NCBI GenBank assembly: GCA_973895155.1
Contig: OZ316894.1
Location: 19,134,805-19,198,804, forward strand
Length of the DNA stretch: 64,000 nt
From: Marsupella aquatica
Lineage: Eukaryota > Plantae > Marchantiophyta
Direction: 5' to 3'
In this document: positions 1 to 11,939 of the stretch, piece after piece
Layout of the letters: each line of letters opens with the position of its first letter
Position numbering within the stretch: position 1 is the stretch's first letter
Notes under the pieces: generated by a model
Database searches by the model: none
The model's input: the letters and a program-made list of their open reading frames with translations, nothing else
What the model was told of the DNA's origin: nothing
Made by a program: the position numbers and the translations under genes

Positions 1-1939
1 CTAGACACTAACTACACCTGCTTTCAGGCTTTCAGGCTTTCAGGTGAAAGTTTGATGGGGGTACCTGGTCCATGGTGAAGGTATGGTTGGAGGGGGGTTA
101 GCAGCTGTGAATCACAAGCCCTCCATGTGTCTACAAACAAATTGCATGCCATCTCCAGTCAGTCTAGTCAAGTTAAGCCAACCAATAAATGAAATGGGGG
201 CAACCTAGCTACTTAGTAAAGTAGTCTTTTGACCAATTTTGGGGACAAAATGATGTTAAAAAACCTGGTCTGGGTGTTATAACTGTTTGTTGGGTGTATT
301 GCTTTGTGGCATGGATAAAGTATCTATTTTTCAAATCATCAACTTTCATCACATCAATCATCATTGATTTGGGTGAGAATTGGCATTAAATGGCTCAATT
401 GTGTAGCCTCATTTGTGTGCACTCCAGTAGTGGGGTGAGGATTTCTTTGTGCTGCAGGTAGGGGAAGATACAGAAGTTTGTGTTGCAAAGTCAAAATGTG
501 CAGGCTGAATTGATTATGTGTCTAGGGTACAGGATAACCATGGAATATAGGGAAGTGCTAGCAATGGTTCGATGCACTTAAGACTATCTTATCATTGACT
601 ATTTTTTGACAACACGCAGCGTCAAGTATTACTTTAATTATAGGTCAAATTATAATTGAATTTGTCTCAGAAAATCTAAATAATGTTATTGGAGCAAACT
701 TCACAGACTATTTAAATAGCAGCAAATGTTGGATACGTAGGGGCTTTTATGTTGACAATTTAGAGACCAACATTTGCTATAAATGTGTTTGGAAATACTT
801 TAATGAGTAACAATGTCTATATGATCCTTAATGTATTTTCAATGTTAAAATTTCCCCACTCTTAGCAAAAAATTGCTACTATTTTGTCTCATTAGTCAGT
901 GTCCGGTCTAATCCCAGGCCCCTATAGCCAGAATCTAACGGTCTGCCTTAAACCCAGGGAGATCTGAAGGTCAGGAAAATAATTGAATGGGGAATCTCTT
1001 GAGCGTCTTCTCCTTCGCACAGTGTACATTCGTCACTCTCTTGAAAAAGTAAAATCCTTAAAAAGTACGCTGGTTGGCCCCCCTTTTGCATGTGGGGTTA
1101 CTCTTTTGTCGTTGGCTATTCTTCCGCGAAGCTTCTACCTTGCTCCTTCTAACTTTTCAGCCCTGGTTGTGCCCCCTTTTGCATGAGGGGTCATGTCTCC
1201 CGTTGGACGCCTTTAACGTTTTGGCAAATTGATGAATACATATAAGTAACCTCTCCTCCCGTCCCTCCTCCAGTCCTCCTCCTCCTCCTCTCTGTCTGCG
1301 CTTGCCTCAAGCTCACGCTTCGTCCCTCCGTGACCGGACCCACATGGAGTATTCCCGGCCCACTGCACCCTCGACACGTCAAGCATTTCTCGCAATATGA
1401 GTCGTCCGTATTGGAGACACGGTGTCGAGTTCCGTCCGACGTGGCAGTGGTCGACCCGTGGTCAGGGCCTTGTAGAGTAATTAGTAAAGGGGTCCTGACC
1501 GAGATACGCCAATTCGTGCGCGTCGAATTCTGCCGAGCCTCGGCAAACCCCGAGGCTGTGCTCACCGGGCGACTGCCCTTAGCCGGGCAAGAGCAGCGCG
1601 GGCACGGCAGGACGGATTGATTTTCTGGGAGGTTGCGTGCGACTGACTGTTTGTTGCCGTTGCCCGTTGGAAAGCTCGAACTCTGGAGGAGTCGACGCCG
1701 TCGACGGTCTGACAGGCATGGTTGACGTTGGTGCGAGTTATTGTGGAAACTTCTAGATCCGATAATTTTTTTAAGGTTTTTTTTTTCTCAACCATGGTTG
1801 ACAATATTTTTAGGGGGACTAGAATCTGATAGGCCTTAGAAAGGTACACGGCCCAATCTTGTGAGTTAGGGACTTTGCTTCTGGGAAAAAGTGTGTGATC
1901 ATGACCAGAGCCAAAGCCCAAAGATTTTAGACCCCCCCC

Positions 1940-2425
1940 CCAATAGGGCATCTCAAACTTGAAGGGCTGCAAACAAAATCCCTTCCTGAAAATATGAGTT
2001 TTGGACTTTGATCACAAGTGATAAACCACTTATTTGCATCTTTTTGGCCAGGGTTTCCAATAGGGGGGATATCAAACCTGTTGGGCCACAAAAGAAATCC
2101 CCAGCCTGAAAATCTGAGTTTCATATTTTGGTCGTAAGTAATAAACCACTTCAATCCATGGAGTCAGAGCTGAAGGGCAGCAAAAACATCCCTTGCCCAA
2201 AAGTATGAGTTTTGGCCTTTGATCACAAGTGATAAACCACCTATTGCACAAAATAAATAAATCCCCAGCCTAAAAGAGTTTCCCAATTTGGTCAGAAGTG
2301 ATAAACCATTTATTTGCATCTATTTTCCCAGCTTTGCCAATAGGGAGTCTCAAACCTGAAGGGCAGCAAACAAATCTTGGGCCTGAAAGTATGAGTTTAG
2401 GGTTTTGGTCACAAGTGGCAAAGCA
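1940..2425. repeat. Degenerate tandem array of ~90-125 bp units
   Basis: The block (T)GAAGGGC(A/T)GCAAA...CC(T)GAAA.TATGAGTTT...TG(A/G)TCACAAGTGATAAACCA recurs about 5 times (cores near 2010, 2130, 2220, 2290, 2405). Confidence 0.75.
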
Positions 2426-5400
2426 AGTATGTTTGTGAGTCCACGACTTTATATCTGGGACAACCTGTGACCCGGACAAGAGCACAAACTGAGAGGTTTG
2501 AGACAACCTAATGTCACCCTTGAGTAAAAGTGAAGGTGCTACAAATATTCCTTGTCTAATTTTCCTCCATTAATTGTGACAACGAGATCTCTCTAAATTG
2601 AAGGATAACTGTCGGACTCTAGCTAATAGGTTGTGGCCAATCAAAAACAGAAAAGCTATGTAACCGATTTTGACCAAAAGTAGCTATGAATCTAGATGGA
2701 ATTTGATGAATTTTTGCCACTAACAAAGCAGCTGCCCTTCATCCTGCCCTTCGTAAGATTTGTTGTCTGGACTCTAAACTACTCTTTCGACGAAGGTGCC
2801 TTCCGAAAAGCGTTCCTGTGCTGTACAGTCCTGGGAACTCGAAAAAGTGCTGCCCCATTCCCCAAGAGGGGTCCCAATGATGATGAATACTAGTCATGAA
2901 AGGGAAGCCCCACCCCCACAATGAAATCTATTTTCCAGCTCTGCCTGTGGCTAAGGGACCTAACGAACCTTTCCCATTTTGTCTCCAAGAAATTTCAAAT
3001 TGATCCAAGAAGGTTGGTTGCTTTACAAAAAATACCCTGTTCACCTTAATTAGTGTTACTTACACTAACTCAAGCAGACTTTTTGGGCTCTACCCATTAA
3101 TTAGTGTTCCACACAAAAATTCTGTTATAACACTAGTTGTGCGTGCATGCATGGAATAGTATTACTGCGATCTTAAGAGTGGCAAATTAGTCATAAAAAC
3201 CAGTGAATTAGTGTTATTTTAGGATTCAAGATCACCCAACTTTTACTAGCACATTAGACAACAGTCAGAGAAAGATTCTCAAAAACCAACAAAAAAAATA
3301 GTCCTACTTTCGACTCAAGATCACATTTTACCAGGGAACACTAATTTTATTTGAAAGCTGATTCTTTAACTACAGTGCACTAATTTTTTTGAGTCCACAC
3401 AAAATCAGCTTCACACCATTGTATATTGCAATCTTGAAACCAAGCAATCACTCCTGACATGTACAGTCGTGGTCAAAGTATATCAAAACATGTAAGTGAA
3501 CAGCAACCTGTGTGTTCATATCATCATTGAAAAACTAGCATGCAAGCTAAAATAGATATGATGCATGGTGTGCCAAAAAAGCAAATGAACACATTGAAAA
3601 TACACTTCCATTTTGTACACACCATTTCATTATTATTATACATTTGTTACATGTACCCTGAATTGCTTTTGTAGTTAATGGTTTGGCTGCATGTTTACAA
3701 TAAGTTTAAGTCACAAAACTACTGTAGATGTCACAACACCATCACTAATGTTGTAGTATGAGAGAGTCCTAATAGACACGAATTGAAGGATCAGATGCTT
3801 TATAACTTGGTGGTTTGTGGTTGCCCACGATGATTCCAGTTCAGATCCCTGTATCATCAAAAAGGTGTCTTAGAGCAGAAATATTTGCCTAGTAGTTCCA
3901 AAGCTTGACCTTGCACTAATAGTCAGTCTAGTGGGTTGGCCATGCTTTTTGTATCTTCTGATCATATTATTGTAATGAAAAGTCAGGTAATTGAATTAAT
4001 TATAGGTGGAGTCAAAGTTTTCATGGGAGTTGGCCACAGGTGGTCTGAAGCCGCAACAGCCAGGAGGTCTGAAAAGGGTTGCAAGTTTTGAATGACACCA
4101 GGCTAGGGTCATGTTGCTCACCTATGGTAACTACAAAGTCGAGAACACCGCAGAAGTGGCCTACCATCACACATTTCTGTCTACATCCATTTTGACGTAA
4201 CTGAAGACTTCCATTACCCAAGAGTGGCTTCACCTTTGAGGCCCCCTAAGAAAAAGTTCATACCATAGGGATGATCAAGTTCATGCATTGATAAATAATT
4301 TTGCTTTAAATGGCAAATTTTGATGAATATCTAGAGAATATTCAAAACGCCTTGATGTAATGTAAATAAGGTATGATCGGATGAGATATAATCCGATCAT
4401 ATGATATCTGACTAGAGGCATAATCTACAAATACATGAAAATAATGGTTTGTCTCTATGGTACCCATTTAATCCATTCCATTCAGGTGCTAGATTATATG
4501 TACAGCACATTGCAGATGAATCAAAATGTGCCAAACCTTGGAGACAGAATCCCAAAGGCACAGGAAGACGGAATAACTGGAAAATCCAAGAGTATGAACA
4601 AGAGTCTCTACAACCTCCAACTAGATTTGATCTTTGTCTTTTTGGCTGCCTCCTTTTGATTGGGTCTTTAGTCTGTGGGGTTGTGTCTCCCAGTTGGGAG
4701 CCTCTCTTGGGTTTTGGCTGTAAGATATATCAATTTTCAAGTACTTTGTCACTAAAGTTTTTTGGAATTACAATACTGTCATTATTTTTGTAGTATTTAT
4801 AATCAGTATACTAAAACAAGATGAAGTCAAAAACAAGCTCACCAAGGAAACTACATACTAAAAAGGTGGCATTATTCTAAATACATATAAAAACTGGGCA
4901 TTATGATACAAACTGTTCTACATGATTTGATCCCAAGCCCCAAATTGAGATTTTTTGTTGCCTGCCTGATGAGAAGTTGGCTTTCCCCAGAATGCATTCG
5001 GCCACACACTAACTTTGAGGCATTTACTTGATGGGTCCTAAAATGAAAGGCATTACTTGATAGGATCATTGAAGTTTTGGGTTTGTTGATTCAAGGTAAA
5101 TCAACGGTCTGGATCATTCAGGGGTCTGTCTGATCGAGTAACACTTTGCTTCGGATGTACGGTTCTGCAGAAACAGCTGCAATTTGCATTCCACGCTACA
5201 TCCACACCGTCCACTTTATTTTGGTTCTGACACGTGGGCCCTTTCCGATACTTTCCATGCAGACCGAAACTCACTGTGCCATGTTTTATGATTTTTGTCG
5301 GGTACGGTCACAGAGACGGCGCCAAAGCAAATACGCGGGCTTACCGTATCGCAAACAAGTTCATCCTGGTTTGGAACCGAACCTGCAGCCCGAGTAGTCA

Positions 5401-5649
5401 GCCGGTCTGCCCAAAAGGTCGTGTCAGAGTTGTAACAGAACTCTTGTTTCACGGCGAGTTATGGACGTTGGGACAACGACGGGCCGTCTCCTACTCTCCT
5501 TGCTACAAGAACCACCCAGGACAGCTTTACAGGGGGTCAGGGACGGGCAGGCGGGGCAGCCACAGCTGATAAGAACAACGTTCCTGTCAAGGGTGTAACG
5601 GGAAGGGCTGGTTCCATGAGCCTCACACTGAGGGCGTAATTAAAGGTTC

Positions 5650-6640
5650 CTCACCTGGATCCTCCAACACTTTAGCCAAATTAGTGTAAGTTAGCGCTGA
5701 TTCAGATTTGGACGATAATTAGTGTTCCTAAGAAGATCTCCAACATTATGCTTTTGTATCGTCCTGCCGAGGGAGTAAGAGGAAAGCCTGGTTCCATGCG
5801 CATCACACTGAAGGGGGTATGTTGTCAGGATATTTGAGAGGACCTGAAATAGGGGAAGCCCCTGGGCAAACAAAAGAAGGATGGGAATGACACACCGTGC
5901 AAATACCTGCAGGAGAGGTCTGTCCCTAACCTAGTGCACATGAGTCTGAGTTTGGCCATGTCTCCATGATTTAGTCCTTCTTAGATCTCAACCTCTCATG
6001 CTTCTTGAAAGCTGGGAGGAGAATGGTGACCTTTGGGAGCAGAGAAAGTGATCAAAGGATGCAAGGCAACATGATCATAAGGCTTTTGATAATCAGCTGC
6101 GTGGAGTGCATTCCTGTGTTTTCTTATTGGCAATCTTAGCTGGTAATTTTGGTTAAATTCATTATCCCAAGGTTTGGCGTGCCAGAGGGGATAATGAGCA
6201 TTTTGGGACCAAATTTGTGACACATTTCCGTATTTATGAGAATGAGGTTTGGTAAATTCTAATCCAAGGTTTGGGCTGGCTACATATGCAAAGGGAATTT
6301 TCTTGACCAAATTTGCCACCCTTATTCCTTTGACCCTCGTAATCCAATGGTACTCCTTAAATCTATGGTGCAAATTAGATGTGTCAAAAACCCTCCTCCC
6401 GGAAACACCTCCCAATGTCCTACTTGCACCCACACCAAATAAACCCCTGGTGCACCAGGAGGGTGTATGAGAAATCGCAATTCCGAACTTGGAGGAGATT
6501 GACAAAGAGAACCACATGGTCAGCAGCATACTACTTTCCAAATTTAACCTTATGGCCCATCAAGGGGGTTTTTTTTCTTTGAAAAATACAAGCTCAAGCC
6601 ATTCGACTGGCTTGAGAGGAAACCCTCAGTTTTTATTCTT
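5650..6640 (-). mobile_element. Degenerate LINE (non-LTR retrotransposon) ORF2 C-terminal remnant
   Basis: Minus-strand fragments include a zf-RVT-like AGICTVCHSH..FVC (~5865-5912) and PLWHAKPW. Frames are broken and boundaries are approximate. Confidence 0.4.
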
Positions 6641-6868
6641 TTGATTTGAAGTTATAATTCTTACCAACTACCAAGCCCTATGGAGCATCCAACAGGATCA
6701 GGCAAGGGACTTCATCTGATAGTTGCTTTCGCCTACTGGCCAAATTGCAAATACTCTCGTCCACTGCAGCTCAAGCTTTAATAATGCGATGGAATGAATA
6801 GCGACGCTAGAAGAAAGCATCTTTATTATGGAAAGGGTCAGTAACTATGTTTCCATCAAAGAATAAGA

Positions 6869-9800
6869 TCAAGATTTGCGCTTGCCGTATAATTCCTCTC
6901 CAGTGAGCTGGGCCTCGTTGAGCATCTGGTCCCATATTTCCTTCAGCTTCGTCTGATGATTGCTTTGCACCCAAGACAGGAGCTCCGAATACAAAAAGTA
7001 CCTGTCTCTAGCCCACACATTTCTAAGCTTATAACGTGTATCGACTGCACTGCCAAGCCTATACATAAGATCGCTAACCCGTTTCAGCGCGTGTGATTCA
7101 GGCTTCAGAAGAATACTGGGATCATTTGTTATATAAGGACATAGAGATTCTAAAGAAGGTAAGACTTTTCCCTGCAACAATGCACTTGCAAAAACAGCAG
7201 TTCGATGCTTCCCTTTCTTCATGGGACTGCCATACAGTGGAAGATTCCACAAATGAGGTCCAAAGCTGGGAGTCACCCAGCACATGACCTCATCTCTCCA
7301 GGTGTCATACCACGGTGGTGGATCTACTAAAGGTTTTGAGAAAATGCAAAGAGCTGCTGCCTGTCTCACTAGCCATCTTGAATCCACGCCACTTACACCC
7401 CTCATGTAAGTCCTTGATGTGTTGACAAGCTCATTATATACTACAAACTCTGGTGCCTCTTTGGAAACAGAGGAGGAAGGGTGAAGAAAGACAGGCTCAT
7501 CTGAAGTGCAGACTCTGTATGCAAGAACTTTCTTTTGATGCCATACTTCTGGCATGGTCGCTCGCTCTTGAACACTGAGTCGTCGAGCAACTTTGTCAGC
7601 CCATCCCGCACAAATGGCCTGTCTAATGACATCTTCCTGCTTAGCATTAAGTTTCTTCTCCACTGGTGCACGCCAGGAGTCTTCACATGCAGAGAGAAGA
7701 ATTTCATTCAAAATCAGGATGCTGCCTTCTTGTTCGTCAGCCTCCAACTTACTCCTTGCGTCCGAATAGTTACTGACAACCAGGTCCCAAATTTGCTTTC
7801 GTAGTTTGGACATCTCATGCATTGTTTTTGCATGCAAAAAGTGGAATTGACAGAAGCCCTCCTGATCGTCGGCTTGTTCATATGCCCGCAAAGCATTAGC
7901 GACTGAAATTCCATCAGATGTCACATTCTTGAACTTTGCATGGGCTGCGTTTGCCTTGTTTCGCCTTAATTTTCTCTTGGCCTTTTCCTCGTCTGCCAAC
8001 TGCTTACTGTCTTCCACATTTACGGAGAGATCGAATTTACTGAAGTCCACTTCTTGGGGGTTAACCCGGGGTCTTTTGTTAGCCCTGCTGTCATCATCAT
8101 CCTCCATAGTTACTGCCTCTCTAAGGAAAGGATCTTCCACGCTAAGAGCAGCAGCCACTGCAATTGAATATGCTAAGGCTAGACTCACATCTGATCCCTC
8201 CGTCTTGGGATCAGATTCCTGTGCTTCCCTTACTGCTGCCAACAACATTCGTGAGTGTCTTGGGCTAATAGGATAGATAGCCATGGCTTGGCCCATGGGA
8301 GTTAACAAACCTGTCTGTGGGCTCAAGGCTGACAAAGATTTCAAGCATTTCTCAGCTTCAGTCACCGCAGCATGTTCTGGAGGTGACGGAAATGGAAAAT
8401 TGGCCACCTGAGGAAACCATGTCAATCGGTGAGGAGATTTTCAAACTTAAAGCATACGGCACCAAAAGCGATTCCTTTCTACGTATGACCCAAACAAATT
8501 CGGTGCCTACTTCTTCATTGCTTTGTATCAAGCTTGAAGCATTGCGGATAGATACTTACCTTGTCAATGCCCATGCACTTCATGACCAGTACCACGCCCT
8601 CAATTGTAGCCTTGTTGATCTCTGGAAGTGCAAACTGAGGGAAACTGTCATTGAAATGTGCTGACGAATATAGTCTGTAGCAGTGACCGGGACCGGTACG
8701 GCCTGCTCTTCCAGCTCTTTGGTCTGCAGAAGCTTTGCTGATCCATTGTACCTCGTACTTTGATATCCCACTAGATCGATCTATTTCTCTCTCTTTGGCA
8801 CGACCACAGTCAACAACGTACCTTACTCCAGGAATTGTGATGGATGTCTCTGCCACATTAGTGGCCACAACAATTAGACGCATTCCCTTTGGAACACCAG
8901 CAAACACTCTCAATTGAGCTGCAGCTGGAAGCAAAGCATACAATGGCAAGACATGTACTGGGCCCGGCCCTTTGGGAGTGTCAGGTTCCAGCTCCGGGTT
9001 CGTAGTCGGCTTCTGAGTCTTGGTGTCTGCTTTGTCACATGAATCCCGCACATCATCCTTCGAAGCATTGGAAAGACAATCCACCTGATCTCCTTCTGGT
9101 TTCTCAGAGAGAGCATGTACAGATCGGCGAAGCTTCTGAAGTGCATCCTCATCATTAGTAAGATCGTCCACCATTTCCAAGTCACTCTCATCCTCACTCT
9201 CAGATTCACCACCAACATAATCATCGCCACTGAAATCTGCCTCTTCATGAGGGAAGTTGGATTCATTCTTCTTTTGGTTGCTCATCGATTCGTGACCATC
9301 TACTGCGGCAGTTATCTTATCCATAGTAATATCTCCGAACTTGTCGACTGTATTTTCGTTGTCACCATGAGGATCCGGTTCAGAATAGTTCGTGTCGCTT
9401 TGAGAATGGCTAGTTCCAGTCCCAATTCTCCTTGGCCGAAAAGTCTTCCGTAGGTTGCGGCACAGATCTTCCACTTCCCTTTGTCCAGTGAGAAACACCA
9501 ACATCCCTCCAGGAGGAAGCTTGCGATGAATTGCACACACTTTCTTGTGTGCAGCCCCCACGTAATCCAAGAGCTCTGTCTTTCTACTGAAATGTATAGT
9601 GACTGGGAACTGTCTAGCCGGTACACGCAACACAGGAGGGGGTTTCGGAAACATTCGTGGATTTGCAGTGAAGTCTTCCACCCGCAGAGTTGCACTCATT
9701 ATCACCAGCTTTAGCGGTTTCACATCATTCATCTTCAATTTCTGCCCATCTTCAACAGTCAGTTTGTTCTGCAATGCACAATCTTGATCGTACAATTTCT

Positions 9801-11437
9801 GTTGTTCCACGCAAATTTAAATGAGTCTGGCAATCATTGCTCGTACACCTACAAAGTTTCCTAAGGTCAAATTGAGTGTGACAGGAGATGACACTAACTA
9901 GTCGAGCTCTCAACCCTTTCTCCTAGAAGTTTTCAACGAATTCACAGTCGACGACCCCGATTGATGAGAAGCCAGTATCTTTAAGTCCGGAGAGCAATGT
10001 GCGGCATGAACGACCTTTCCTGAAATCACTTCGACAGGAAGGCAGAGATAGCCATTCTCAATAATATATGCACAACGCTTATCACGTACTGCTGAACTTT
10101 TAATACGAGATCACCAGCAGTATGTATCATCGAAGACTGTGCAATACTCACTATCGCCATTCCCCTATCATAACCATCACAAATTGCTCTCGCTTTCTCA
10201 TGACCGTCATCAATTGCTATCTGTTTGTCATTAACAAAACAAACTGCAATCTCTCTTTGGTGAAGATCAGAAAGAGCCCAAAGTTTTCCGGACTTGTTAT
10301 ACACTTTTAATTCTCATCCAGGCTGTAGGTTCTGTGGCCAGAAGGCTGCCACGGGCGCTGCATAATGACCAGAGTTTTGGATATGGAATGGCAATCTGAA
10401 ACATATCCTCATGAAAAACAATCGTCGGACTTAACACCATACAGAAAACAGAGTTTACTGTCCAGTTTGAATACCTGACGAAGTGGGATGATCCGCGAAA
10501 GCATTCCGATAAGGATGTCTGTATTCAGGCTCCTCTCATGAGCTTCGTCCAGGACAACAACGGAATATTTCCTCAGCAGGAAGTCTGCCTGCAACAATAT
10601 CATCCATTACATAAATCTTCTTACACTGACTTTTTCAGTAGTTGTACTTGTAGGCACTTATTTGAGTGCGCATGAATACGTACAAACACAGCTGCGAAAC
10701 CCTTAGAAGCATTGCAATAGCCAGAAGATCTAACACAGGAGGCACCATACCTGTAGTTCTCTCAAAAGTATTCCGTCCGTCATGAATTTGATGCAGCTTT
10801 TCTCCCCAATTTTACGATCATGGCGGACTTGGAATCCTACTTCTTGACCTAAACTCACACTCAGCTCATGGGCGACCCTCCGTGCAGTTGCTAGAACGGC
10901 AACCCTCCTGGGTTGGGTCACACCTATGATTCCAGATCGCTCTGGACAATGAGGAGAACCATACCCTGCTTCATATAGAAACTGCAAAACGGCAGATTCA
11001 CTGGGTGAGAATGCTTCCGAGCTAAAGTTCATTACGAAGGGTGTGCGTCCCTCCGGATTTTCTCTCAGTAAGTTGTTATTCATACAAGGGCATTGGCACC
11101 CAACCTGTGGAACCTGGGTGGTCTTGCCACACCCAGTTTCTCCGCACACGATGACAATCGGATTCTCCTGAATTGCCTCCATAATTTCCTGTTCCATCAT
11201 CACAATTGGGAGACTTTCTCGACTCTTTTCCACGTCATCCGGTCTCCGAACATGCACCACATACTTCGGCTTTCTGACTGCAGGCGGCTGTTTGGAAACG
11301 CTCAAAGCCTCTCCCTGTTCCTTAAATTCGCTCTCTAGCTGGGCAACTTTCCCCTTTGCTTTCTTCTTCTTCCTTTGCTTGCGACGTCTCCTCCTTTCCA
11401 TGCCGTCAACACCCACAGAGCTCAGAGCGTTTTCCAT
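6869..11437 (-). CDS. DEAH13: DEAH-box ATP-dependent RNA helicase, DEAH13/DHX37 (Dhr1)-like, 40S ribosome biogenesis
   Basis: Exons inferred from GT-AG junctions: 11437-11105, 10981-10751, 10588-10475, 9798-8560, 8407-6869. Motifs: GETGCGKTT (I), TQPRRVA (Ia), MTDGILLRE, DEAHERS (II), MSAT (III), FLTGQREV, ATNVAETSITI (V), QRAGRAGRTGPGHCYRLYS (VI), followed by HA2/OB-fold-like C-terminus. The acidic insert in RecA2 is typical of Dhr1/DHX37. The start codon is uncertain and upstream exons may exist. Confidence 0.93.
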
Positions 11438-11939
11438 CACAGAAACGTACCCAACCAGCCACTCTCTGCGGCGTACCTCGAAATTAAGGTCACACTCTCC
11501 AACCTCTATTTGCCTGACTCGAATACTTCAGCCATCCAGCACCTTCGTGATACAATCTCATTTCTAAAGGCATTGAGAAACTCCGTAGACTCTTCCGAGA
11601 TGGAAGGCACGAATCCCACACAAGCTCACTCCATCGAAATTCATCGAGGAAAGGCAGGAATCTAGTTGATCCAAAACCTACAGCAACAGCAGGTGGGAAA
11701 TGATAGGTTGGACAATAAGATGCTCGACAAACTGAATTGCAATGAAATTTTGATTGATGGATCCACACATGAAAAGCTCGGGGGAGTCGAGAGGATAATA
11801 ATGCATTACTGTAGTAGTCACCTCAAGTCTTCGGAGTGTGCTTTGAATTATTAGATTAGGGTATAGAGCTGAGCTCAACTCTTTGGTGGGCCTTGTTCAT
11901 CTACCTCCTGTTATTCTGTAGCGTTTCTCTGTCGTCCCC

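Noticed and set aside
2577-2590. miR535-like seed TGACAACGAGA
   Set aside because: Only 11 nt match and there is no complementary arm.
5156-5437. Solo LTR (TGTAC...GTAACA)
   Set aside because: The flanking 5-mers (TCGGA/GAACT) do not form a TSD.
7093-9787. Numerous overlapping ORFs antisense or off-frame to DEAH13 (similar ones overlap RPC3 and Pol)
   Set aside because: They are shadow ORFs of real coding sequence with no independent domain evidence.
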